This document shows, one piece after another, positions 52,660 to 64,000 of a stretch of 64,000 nucleotides of DNA. Every line of letters begins with the position of its first letter. Position 1 is the first letter of the stretch. The notes beneath the pieces were generated by a model. It had not been told where the DNA came from. It worked only from the letters and a program-made list of their open reading frames with translations, and did no database searches. Source of the DNA: Octopus sinensis (taxonomy: Eukaryota); the NCBI RefSeq assembly GCF_006345805.1, contig NC_042999.1, positions 72,788,001 to 72,852,000 on the forward strand, read 5' to 3'. Position numbers and translations under genes: made by a program.

Positions 52660-53203
52660 CATACACATACATACATACATGTGTTTATATATTAGTATTT
52701 ATGGTAGACGTGTCGGAGTTGATACAGTGTTTTGACTCCTGCATGTTCAATTAGGGTTATTGCAACGCTCAAGATCCATTTTGATTGCTATACTTTCGAT
52801 ATTACAACTAATAATGATGATAATTTCTTAGGGTAACCAGAACAGAGAAAAAATATTCCGAAAATAAACCTGTTCAAAGTTCTAAGAAGATTAAAACCTT
52901 AATTAAAGTTTTACGAAACATTTTCAGATATTTTACGAGTAAAATGATAAAATAATGACACGCATTCAATAAAGTAAGGGTAATGGTACTATTTCGTTTA
53001 AAATTGTTATATAAAACTAGTATTAAATAATAATTTTTTAATGAGTTGTGTAGTTGAAAATGTTTAATATTACGTTAGATGTTTTAGTTCGAGTATTGTA
53101 CCTTAATATTTTGAAGGAAGGGTAATTGTCCTTACATAAATTTCTTGAACTGCGACATGAACACGTAAAAAAGATTGGTGACACGGACAAAAAAACCCCA
53201 ACA

Positions 53204-53234
<31 letters not shown>

Positions 53235-53512
53235 CTAGAGGTAAGTAAGACCAGATCATACATGTTTGCGAGTGTGCAGACACGCAAATTGTATAAATTT
53301 GTAATTTAGGCTTAGGCCCTACACTGCTTTCTTTACTGATTATTAAATGGTTAGCTATTCAGATTTTTTTTGTAATTAAGTTTCTCTCTAGGGCATATGT
53401 GATGTAAGTGAAACGATAGCTTCAGTACAAATGAGGTTTGATTCAAACTAGGCTAGACTGCAAGGTGGCTGAAGAAGGCTCGTCTCATATAGATCAATCC
53501 GGATATTTTATT

Positions 53513-53568
<56 letters not shown>

Positions 53569-53994
53569 AAGATGAGAATATGTGTATGTGTGAAACCCTA
53601 AAACTCAAGAACTACACAACCGATTTCATTCAAGTTTTACACATGCCTTACTTAGGGTCCATGCAGTGTCATGGGCCAAACATTTTTACAACTTCTTGCC
53701 TAATATGAGCCTAGAGCAACCTCTTTTACTCTATTTCAGTATTACGTGTCAAAAGTGAAACAATAGCATCTCTTTATTGTAATGTGAGATACTTTCAGTT
53801 TAATAGTTTCACTATTAATACTGAAAGTATTATCTCACATATACACATACACACGTGTATATATATGTATGTATACATCTGCACATATATATATATATTC
53901 ATAGATGTATAGTATTTATAGTATTTATAGATGTATATATGTGTATATATAGATATGTAATATGTACACATACACACACACATATATATATCTA

Positions 53995-55105
53995 TATGAT
54001 GTACCCAGTGTAAGTTGTGGACACATAAGGAGTGCAGCAATATCAAAAGAAGGCTAACTGGGAAGATAGCTTTTGTATGTGGCAGATGCTCAGGAGCAAT
54101 AAACACTGAAAATGTGCAGAAAACAACTTCCGCCATATTCCAGGGAGAAAAACTAGGAGTAGTTGACAGCTTCCATTACCTAGGTGACCAAGTCAGTGCA
54201 CTGAAAGTGTAGCTGTTAGAATAAGAATAGCCTGGGCAAAGTTCAGATAGCTCTTACCTCTGCTGGTGACAAAGGGCCTCTAGCTCAGACTATATGGTAG
54301 ACTGTATGACGCATGTGTACGAACAGCCATGCTACATAGCAGTGAAACATGGGCTATGACTGCTGAGGACATGTGTAAGCTTGCAAGAAATGAAGCCAGT
54401 ATGCTCTGATGGATGTGTAATGTCAGTGTAAGTACCTTGAGAGAAAAGTTGGACCTAAGAAGCATCAGATGTGGTGTGCAAGAGAGGACTGCACTGTATG
54501 GTCATGTGAGAATGGATGAGGATAGCTGTGTGAAAAAGTGCCACACCCTAGTGGTTGAGGGAACTGTGGAAGAGGTAGACCTGGGATGAGGTGGTGAAGC
54601 ATGACCTTCGAACATTAGGCCTCACCGAGGCAATGACTAGTGACTGAGACCTTTGGAAATATGCAGTGTGTGAGAAGACCCGGCAAGCCAAGTGAGATCA
54701 TAACCTGTGGTCTATGTCAGGGGTGTAACCAGCCTACTTATGCGTACCTTTCCCACACTGGACACTAAACTCTGCTTGCGAAGACCTGTTGAGGCAAGTG
54801 AAATTGAAATCAAATCAAATTCGATGACTGGCACCCATGCAGGTGCCAGTGGAGCGCTAAGAGCACCATCCGAGCATGATCGCTGACTGGCTTCCATGTA
54901 TGACGTACCATTCAAACATGATTGTTACCAGCGTCACCTTACTTGCACTTGTGACAGTGGTGCGTGAAAACATTCGAGTGAGGTCGTTGCTATTGCCGCT
55001 GGACTGGCTCCTGTGCAGGTGGCACGTAAAAAACACCACTTGAGCGTGGCCGTTGCCAGTACCGCCTGACTGGCATGTAAAAGCACCCACTACACTCTTG
55101 GAGTG
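53995..55105 (+). mobile_element. Decayed 5'-truncated copy of the PHD-RTE family
   Basis: WTHKECS..FVCGRC, FHYLGD and a 3' UTR matching 58687 onward. Confidence 0.85.
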
Positions 55106-55970
55106 GTTAGTGTTGTGATAATTCATCTTTTGGTTTCCTGTAGCTTTGCTCTCTTTTACAAACCCAGTGAACATTTATATATTTCTGATTTCAAAGAAAT
55201 TAGAATAAGTTAAAAAAAGATTCCCAACAATTCAACTTCTCTGGTTGACTATAAAACCCCACCCATCCTAATAGGGGCCTTAACTCCCACATTTTAGATC
55301 TCCATGTGCTCCATTTTTTAGGAGCAAACACCTTTGAATAGGTTTTATAAGATTTGGATTTTGGAATCTGGGCATAAAGATGAGTAGTATGGGATAAATA
55401 TGTCATAATTAGAATTTTTGTTATGGTGTGTAAAGAGGGAAAGAACCCTCATAAAAATTCTTAATCTCCAATTTTTATGAAATTCAAATCATAGGTATTC
55501 CAGTTCATTAGAGAAAATATAAAAGAAAAGTCTAATTCTTCAATTCCATGTGATGCAGGCAATGCTGGGTATCTCTGCTAGTATAATATACATATATCTA
55601 TATGTGTGTGTGTTTGGTTTAAACAAGCTTGTATTGTCTATGTGTATTGTATATGTGTATATAAATACGTGTGTATATCTATGTGTGTGTGTGTGTATAT
55701 ATATATACACACACACACACACAGAGTTGATTATCAGCTTCCTCGCTGCATACTGGATATGTTGCACAGGTTATGATTTGAGTTAGTTCATATTGGGATC
55801 CACTACCTTCAAAAACCTGTCAGAAGGCCACGTCTGGCTTGAATGTTTCATTTCAGTTTGGTTTCTATGACTGGATGTCCTTTCTGTAGCCAACCATTCA
55901 CAGAGTGTATTGTATGGATTTTATTGTGGTATGGCACCAGAAAGTCTGTTGTTCCTTTTCATCCTTAGAC

Positions 55971-56106
55971 ATATATATATGAAAAAACAAGTCAGGATAG
56001 AAAATGCTAAAATAATTTTATAAAGAACATTTCAGTACTGGTTTCAGTCATTGAGACAAAATTATTTTAGCATTTTCTATCCTGACTTGTTTTTTCATAT
56101 ATATAT
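55971..56106. repeat. Hairpin with 49-bp arms and a 38-bp loop, set in (TA)n
   Basis: Perfect arms; the loop on the minus strand reads GACT-GAAAC-CAG-TA, like the 3' half of a hammerhead. Confidence 0.85.
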
Positions 56107-56107
56107 A

Positions 56108-56138
<31 letters not shown>

Positions 56139-56260
56139 AAGAGAGAGAGAGAGGCAAATTGGTGATGAACAGTGACTTCAAGAACAAAACTAACTTAGTC
56201 AAATGGAAGTACACAGTGATATTGGTTTGACGGTCAGTGAAAGTTCAGAATACACATAGC

Positions 56261-56310
<50 letters not shown>

Positions 56311-56496
56311 TATATTAATGCACATGCACTCACACACATCACTCAACCTCCTGACCCTACATCTAACTACTGCTTCATCTTACTGCTACTGATCTCTTGC
56401 CACTGACCTTGTAAAATCCTCACACACATTCACTCCCACTCAAACTCAAACAAAAACCATGTATATATGTGCACACACATATATATATATATATAT

Positions 56497-59385
56497 CATC
56501 ATTTGACGTAGAAGGGGGTATAGCTACACATGGGGTAGAAGACAACTGGCCGATTCTAAGGGACAACCTGCTGAAAGCCACTGACCAGATCTGTGGCTGG
56601 TGCAGTCCCCTCAAGACCCAAAATAACATGGTGGTGGAACAATATTGTTGACAGGGCTATTAGACAAAAGAAACAGGCTTGGAAGGACTGGAAGAACAGT
56701 GGTAGCAGGGAAGTGTATCAGACTGCCAGAAGGGAAGCTAGGAGGCAGGTGTGTTTAGCCAGAGGGGAAGCAGATAAGAAAAAATTTGCCAATGTTCTGC
56801 GCCGTGAGGATGAAAGACTTGAGGTATTTCGTATTGCAAGACAGTGTGTGAGAGAGAATCATGACGTGGTAGGAGAGAAATGTGTTTGCAAGGATGACGG
56901 TGCACTTGCGCTAAATGAGGATGCAAAGAGAGAGGTTTGGAGATGCCACTATGAAAGGTTGCTGAATGAGGAAAATGAATGGGATAAAGAGAGTCTGCCG
57001 AATGTCGACCCAACAGAGGGACCAGCAATCCGAGTTGACAGTTCCTTAGTAGTTAAGGCAATTACAAGCATGAAAACAGGGAAAGCCCCAGGCCCATCAG
57101 GAATTACTGCAGAGATGCTCAAAATATCTGGTAGTGTCGGCTAAAGCCTAGTCACCCGTATAATTAACCAGGTGATACACGAAGGAGTCATACCCAATGA
57201 CTAGTGTAGCAGCATAATAGTCAACTGCTACAAAGGTAAAGGTGACACCCTAGATACAAATAACCACAGGGGTATCAAGCTGCTGGATCAGGTAATGAAG
57301 GTTACGGAGAGGGTTATAGCCCAACTAATTAGAGAGAGAGTTAGCTTAGATGAGATACAGTTTGGGTTTGTGCCAGGGAAAAGTACTACTGATGCTATAT
57401 TCCTGGTAAGACAGCTGCAGGAGAAATACCTAGCCAAAGATAAGCCCCTGTACCTGGCTTTTGTTGACATGGAGAAAGCCTTCGACTGGGTTCTCCGATC
57501 CCTTATCTGGTGGTCAATGAGGAAACTAGGGATAGATGAATGGTTAGTGAGAGCTGTGCGAGCCATGTACAGAGACGCTGCTAGTAAGGTGAGGGTTGGC
57601 AACGAGTACAGTGAAGAATTCCGGGTAGAGGTTGGGGTCCACCAAGGTTCAGTCCTCAGTCCCCTCCTATTTATCATAGTCCTCCAGGCAATAACGGAGG
57701 AATTCAAGACAGGATGCCCCTGGGAGCTCCTCTATGCTGATGACCTTGCTCTAATTGCTGAGTCACTATCAGAACTGGAGGAGAAGTTTCAGGTGTGGAA
57801 GCAAGGATTAGAATTGAAGGGCCTTAGAATCAACCTAGCCAAAACCAAAGTCCTAATAAGTAGGAAGGTAGACCAATCACAAACACCTTCAGGTAGATGG
57901 CCCTGCTCGATCTGTAGTAGAGGTGTAGGTAGAAACTCTATAAGGTGCACCAAGTGTAAGCTATGGACACATAAGAGGTGCAGCAATGTCAAAGGAAGGC
58001 TAACTAGGAAAATAGTTTTTGTCTGTGGCAGATGCTCAGGAGCAATAAACACTGAAAATGTGCAGAGACCAATTTCTACCACGTTCCAGGGAGAAAAACT
58101 AAAAGTAGTTGATAGCTTCCGCTACCTAGGTGACCAAGTCAGTAGCGGGGGTGGGTGTGCTGAAAGTGTAACTGCTAGAGTAAGAATAGCCTGGGCAAAG
58201 TTCAGAGAGCTCCTACTCCTGCTGGTGACAAAAGGCCTCTAGCTCAGAGTAAAAGGCAGACTGTATGATGCATGTGTACGTACAGCCATGCTTCATGGTA
58301 GTGAAACATGGGCTGTGACTGCTGAGGATATGCGTAAGCTCGCAAGAAATGAAGCCAGTATGCTCCAATGGATGCATAATGTCAGTGTTCATAATCGACA
58401 GAGTGTAAGTACCTTGAGAGAAAAGTTGGACCTAAGAAGCATCAGTTGTGGTGTGCAAGAGAGACGTTTGCGCTGGTATGGTCATGTGACGAGAATGGCT
58501 GAAGATAGTTGTGTGCAAAAGTGCCACACCCTAGCAGTTGAGGGAACCTGTGGAAGAGGTAGACCCAGGAAAACCTGGGACGAGGTGGTGAAGCACGACC
58601 TTCGAATTTTAGGTCTCACCAAGAACATGACTAGAGACCGAGACCTATGGAAGTATGCAGTGCGTGAGAAGACCCGGCAAGACTAGTGAGACCACAACCC
58701 GTGGCCTCTACCTGGTATGTAGCCAGTCGACTTATACATACCTTTCCTTCTTGGGACACAAAACTCCACTTGTGAAGACCCGTTGAGGCAAGTGAAAATC
58801 AAAATCAAACCAAATCAAATCAGATATCAGAACCAAAATCGAAGTCGATCAACATCAATGGAAATTGCAGCTGTGATACCAGTGCCGGTGACAAGTAAGC
58901 GAACCATCCGATCGTGGCCGTTGCCAGCGCTGCCCCGACTAACCTCCGTGCCTGTGGCACGTAAAAAGCACCATCCGTTCGTGGCCGTTGCCAGCCTCGC
59001 CTGGCCCCCGTGCTGGTGGCACGTAAAAAGCACCATCCGTCCGTGGCCGTTGCCAGCCTCGCCTGGCCCCCGTGCCGGTGGCACGTAAAAAGCACTATCC
59101 GATCGTGGCCTTTGCCAGCCTGGCCTGGCCCCCGTGTTGGTGGCATGTAAAAAGCACCATCCGTCCGTGGCTGTTTGCCAGCTCTGTCTGGCACCTGTGC
59201 GGGTGGCACGTAAAAAGCACCCACTACACTCATGGAGTGGTTGGCGTTAGGAAGGGCATCCAGCTGTAGGAACACTGCCAGATCAGACTGGGCCTGATGC
59301 AGCCTTCTGGCTTCACAGACCCCAGTTGAACCGTCCAACCCATGCTAGCATGGAAAGCGGACGCTAAATAATGATGATGATGATT
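56497..59385 (+). mobile_element. 5'-truncated RTE LINE with in-frame stops; RT with an inserted PHD-type zinc finger; repeat-rich 3' UTR
   Basis: TWWWN, GKAPGPSG, QFGF, FVDMEKAFD, GVHQGSVLSPLLF, YADD, FRYLGD, RRLRWYGHV and GRGRPRKTW; stops at about 57142, 57202 and 58240; UTR repeats of about 60 bp; (ATG)n tail. Confidence 0.95.
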
Positions 59386-59765
59386 TAGCGTCCGCTTTCC
59401 ATGCTAGCATGGGTTGGACGGTTCAACTGGGGTCTGGGAAGCCGGAAGGCTGCACCAGGACCAGTCTAATCTGGCAGTGTTTCTACGGCTGGATGCCCTT
59501 CCTAATGCGAACCACTCCGTGAGTGTAGTGGGTGCTTTTTATGTGTCACTGGCACAGTTGCCAGACGGGGCTGGCAAATGGCCACGGTCAGATGGGGCTT
59601 TTTACGTGCCACCGGCACGGAGGCCAGACGAGGCTGGCAACGGACACGATCGGATGGTGTTTTTTATGTGCCACCGGCATGGGGGCCAGGCAAGGCAGGC
59701 AACGGCCATGATCAGATGGTGCTTTTTACGTTCCACCGGCACGGGGGCCAGGCGAAGCTGGCAAC
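59372..59765 (-). mobile_element. Short RTE 3' fragment, tail-to-tail with the preceding copy
   Basis: Reverse complement of the tail and UTR repeats. Confidence 0.9.
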
Positions 59766-59772
59766 AATATAT

Positions 59773-61308
59773 ATCATCATCATCATCATCATCATCATTT
59801 AGCGTCCGTTTTCCATGCTAGCATGGGTTGGACGGTTCTACTGGGGTCTGTGAAGCCAGAAGGCTTCATCAGGCCCAGTCAAATCTGGCAGTGTTTCTAC
59901 GGCTGGATGCCCTTCCTAACGCCAACCACTCCGTGAGTGTAGTGGGTGCTTTTTACGTGCCACCCGCACTGGTGCCAGACAGAGCTGGCAAACGGCCACG
60001 AACGGATGGTGCTTTTTATGTGCCACCGGCACGAGGGCCAGGCGAGGCTGGCAACGGACACGAAACGGGGCGGTGCTGGCAACGGTCGCGAAACGGAAAG
60101 TTCTCTTACATGCCACCGGCACTGGTAACACATCCGCAATTTCCATTGATCGATTTCGATTCTGATCCTCACTTGCCTCAACACGTCTTCACAAGTAGAG
60201 TTTTGTGTCCCAAGAAGGGAAGGTATGCATACGTAGGCTGGCTCCATCCCATGTAGAAGGCCACGGGTTGTGGACTCACTTGTCCTGCCGGGTCTTCTCG
60301 CGCACAGCACACTTCCAGAGGTCTCGGTCTCTAGTCATTTCCTCAGTGAGACCTAAAGTTCGAAGGTCGTGCTTCACCACCTCGTCCCAGGTTTTCCTGG
60401 GTCTGCCTCTTCCACAGGTTCCCTCAACCGCTAGGGTGTGGCACTTTTTCACACAACTATCTTCATCCATTCTCGCCACATGACCATACCAGCGCAAACG
60501 TCTCTCTTGCACACCACAACTGATGCTTCTTAGGTCCAACTTTTCTCTCAAGGTACTTACACTCTGCCGAGTGTGAGTACCGGCATTACACATCCATCGG
60601 AGCATACTGGCTTCATTTCTAGCGAGCTTACGCATATCCTCAGCAGTCATGGCCCATGTTTCACTGCCATGTAGCATGGCTGTTCGTACACACGCATCAT
60701 ACAGTCTGCCTTTCACTCTGTGCGAGAGGCCTTTTGTCACCAGCAGAGGTAAGAGCTCTCTGAACTTTGCCCAAGCTATTCTTACTCTAGCAGTTACACT
60801 TTCAGCACACCCACCCCCGCTGCTGACTTGGTCACCTAGGTAACGGAAACTATCAACTATTTCTAGTTTTTCTCCCTGGAAAGTGACGGAAGTTGGTCTC
60901 AGAGCATTTTCAGTGTTTATTGTTCCTGAGCATCTGCCACATACAAAAACCATCTTCCTAGTTAGCCTTCCTTTGACATTGCTGCATCTCTCATGTGTCC
61001 ATAGCTTACACTTGGTGCATCTTATAGAGTTTCTACCTACACCTTTTCTACAGATCGAGCGGGGCCATCTACCTGAAGGTGTTTGTGATTTGTCTACCTT
61101 CCTACTGATTACGACTTTGGTTTTAGCTAGATTGACTCTGAGGCCCTTCGATTCTAATCCTTGTTTCCACACCTGAAACTTCTCCTCCAGTTCTGATAGC
61201 GACTCAGCAATTAGAGCAAGGTCATCAGCATAGAGGAGCTCCCAAGGGCATCCTGTCTTGAATTCCTCCGTTATTGCCTGGAGGACTATGATAAATAGGA
61301 GGGGGCTG
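59773..61308 (-). mobile_element. 5'-truncated RTE LINE, same family, with an open C-terminal frame
   Basis: ORF 60276-61172 closely matches the 57800-58686 translation; YADD near 61222-61233; (ATC)n tail. Confidence 0.95.
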
Positions 61309-61360
61309 ATGAGGAAAAAAATAGTTCTCGATTATCAGAGGCAGAGTAATATGTTTTGTT

Positions 61361-61517
61361 ATTATTAAGACTGCAAAAATATCACAAAAAACTGCTACTC
61401 AGATTTTCATGTTCTCGTCCATCAGACAGTTTAGATTCTTAATCTAAATTGTCCGACGAACAGGAACATGAAACTCTGAGTAGCAGTTTTTTGTGATGTT
61501 TTTGCAGCTTTAATAAT
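61361..61517. ncRNA. Hairpin carrying two divergent type I hammerhead motifs
   Basis: Plus strand: AAATTGT-CCGACGA-AC..AT-GAAA-CTCTGAG-TA-GCAGTTT (61446-61489). Minus strand: AAACTGT-CTGATGG-AC..AT-GAAA-ATCTGAG-TA-GCAGTTT (61432-61389). Confidence 0.7.
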
Positions 61518-61523
61518 GATAAA

Positions 61524-61566
<43 letters not shown>

Positions 61567-62189
61567 TGCATACATATATATGTTACACATAAAAGTACTA
61601 TATTCACCCAGGGATCAATTATGCACTTATGCACTCTCCAGCCTTTGGAAACTACATTTTCTTTATCATTCCAACTTTCAGTCAGTTAAACTTCCAGTCA
61701 GGTTTTGACCATGTACTGACCCATGACTCACTTACTTTTCTCCAGACTATTGATTTCTTCTGCATTTCCTTTTCTCTGGACATACTTTCACTATTCAACA
61801 AAGATATGTGCAAAAGTCATGTTTCCACTTTTAATTTACCATCACCAGTGCTGGTCCCACTTAAAAGTGCTCATGCTGGTGTCACATTAAAAGCACCCAA
61901 CACAGGGCATCCAGCCATAGAAACCAAGCCAAATCAAACTGGAATCTGGTGCAGCTTCTTCTACATGCCAGCTCTGGTCAAACCATCGAACCCATACTAG
62001 CATAGAAAATAGATGTTAAAGGATGATGATGTACATCCATTTCGTTTTTGTTGTTTTAGTTTTTGAAGTTGCCTATTATCGAATGCTCATGTGGACCTTT
62101 CATTTTCTTCTGATAATGATCTGGAGTATTTAATTTATGGATCATCTTTACCCTTGGATTATGTTACACCTTTGAATCCTCTCAGAGTA

Positions 62190-62600
62190 TGTCAATTGAG
62201 GACAGTTTGTGTATGGACAAGGGCAGCTGCATAAAGAAGTGCTGATCTGTGACTGTGGAGGGGACCTGTGAGAGATGTAGACCCAAGAAGACATGAGATG
62301 AGGTGGTGAAATATGATCTTCAGATGTTGAGTCTCACAGAGGTGATGACAAGTGACTGAAACTTTTGGCGATTTGCTGTACTTGAGAAGACATGTGAAGC
62401 TAAGTGAAATCATGGTTGTGGCCAGTGCTGGTGACACATAAATGGCACCCACTACACTCTGTGCAGTGGTTGGCATTAGGAAGGACATCCAGCTGTAGAC
62501 ACCAAATCAAAACAGACTGGAGCCTGGTGCAACTCTCCAGCTTACCAGTTCCCATCAAACCGTCTAACCCATGCCAACATGGTAAACAGATACTAAATGT
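62190..62600 (+). mobile_element. Old RTE 3' fragment
   Basis: Decayed EDSC..KKC..GTC..RPKKT*DEVVK plus tail. Confidence 0.7.
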
Positions 62601-62630
62601 ATGTATGTATGTATGTATGTGTATATATAT

Positions 62631-62667
<37 letters not shown>

Positions 62668-63087
62668 TTGTGTATAAATGTGTGTGTGTGGTTAAGAAGT
62701 TTGTTTCACAACCACATAGTTTCAGGTTATGAATTAATCTTGTGGATAGAAACTGAAAGAAGCTTGTCATATGTGTCTGTTCATATCTCTTTGTCATGGC
62801 TTGGGCACAGATTTTAAATAATGTCACTGTCATGCAAGTGGTCTTGTTGCAATTCTCTGTGGAAACATGTTCTGCTATTGTGCAAAAATGTTACTTTGCT
62901 TGGAAACAGATGAAGATTGGTGACATAGCACCTTGCTGAAGAAAGTCTGTTCCAGCATATTTTATCTGATTCATGCAAGTATGGGAAAGTGGAAGTTAAA
63001 ATGATGATGATGATTTGTATCTGTGTTTGTTTGTGTGTAAGCATATGCATGTGTGTTTCTTTGTTTGTATATGTAAAAGTTAGGTTA

Positions 63088-63410
63088 AATCATCATCATC
63101 ATCATTGTTTAACACTCGCTTTCCATGCTAGCATGGGTTGGATGATTTGACAGGTCTGGCAAACCAGATGGCTGCACCAGACTCCAATCTGATCTGGCAG
63201 AGTTTCTACAGCTGGATGCCCTTCCTAATGCCAACCACTCTGAGAGTGTAGTGGGTGCTTTTACGTGCCACCAGCACGAGGGCCAGTCAGGCGGTACTGG
63301 CAACGGCCATGCTCAGATGGTACTTTTTATGTGCCACCTGCACAGGAGCCAGTCCAGCAGCTCTGGCAACGACCTTGCTTCGAATGTTTTTGATGTGCCA
63401 CCAGCACATA
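63088..63410 (-). mobile_element. RTE 3'-UTR fragment
   Basis: Reverse-complement tail with (ATC)n. Confidence 0.8.
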
Positions 63411-64000
63411 AGTCAATAAAAACAGGCTCCCAAATTTCAAGCAAGTTTGATAAGTACCATGCACAAAACTCTTGGCCTGTCAGTCACTTTGTAACTTCTG
63501 ATTAAAAATAATGTGTGTGTTTGTGAAGGCATGTGGTCTAGTGGTTAGGGTATTGCACTCTTGATTGCAAGATTGTTGTTTTGATCTCTCTGCAATCACT
63601 TTGACACCTGATGTGTGACCCATTGTACACCTGACAGGCAATGTTGATTGGATGGCTGAGTGGACTAATGTGCAGCACTAACATTTGATCCCTATAAACA
63701 AATCATCTTTGCAGGTTGTTCAGCAAAAAATCGTAGAACCCTCATCTGTTATCTATGGTAGAAGGGTCCACCATAAAAAAAAGCACTCAGTCCACTCTGT
63801 AGGATGGTTGGTGTTAGGAAGGGCATCCAGCCATTAAAACCATGCCAAAACAGACACTGTAGCTTGGCCAACTCCTATCAAACTGTCCAACCTATGCCAG
63901 CATGGAAGGTAGGTGTTAAACAATGATGATGAGATTATATATATATACATATCATCATCGTTTAACGTCCGTTTTCCGCGCTAGCACGGGTTGGACATAT

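Noticed and set aside
56593-58686. Active full-length RTE
   Set aside because: It lacks the APE domain and has at least three in-frame stops; the APE at 46470-47065 is a separate fragment on the other strand.

Overview
AT-rich, microsatellite-saturated eukaryotic DNA. The repeat content (tRNA-headed SINEs, RTE LINEs with (ATG)n tails, (TA)n/(TACA)n/(GATA)n arrays) looks like a coleoid cephalopod such as Octopus; this is an inference. Most of the window is transposon debris: one CR1/L2-type LINE, a PHD-finger-bearing RTE family with many 3' fragments, a BovB-like RTE, three mariner relics plus a Tc1-like fragment, Helitron/Helentron non-autonomous elements, and Penelope-like remnants. Two large host-like coding exons lie on the minus strand (17057-15867 and about 8550-7371), and there is a likely promoter/first exon near 49350. 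The signals most worth following up are: (1) three different foldback elements (about 17.4, 21.4 and 27.8 kb), each carrying internal TTAGGG telomere-like tracts, two of them with GGATC-type ends and 8-bp target duplications; (2) many minimal hammerhead ribozyme motifs, several in inverted-repeat hairpins, including one with a compensatory G3:C8 core; (3) an uncharacterised protein with a gap-free tandem domain of about 110 aa that resembles the Ski/Dachshund fold; (4) a Helentron-like element interrupted by 646 bp of foreign sequence between 40-bp direct repeats. All calls are by eye; no database searches were run, and most short ORFs in the track are microsatellite artefacts.
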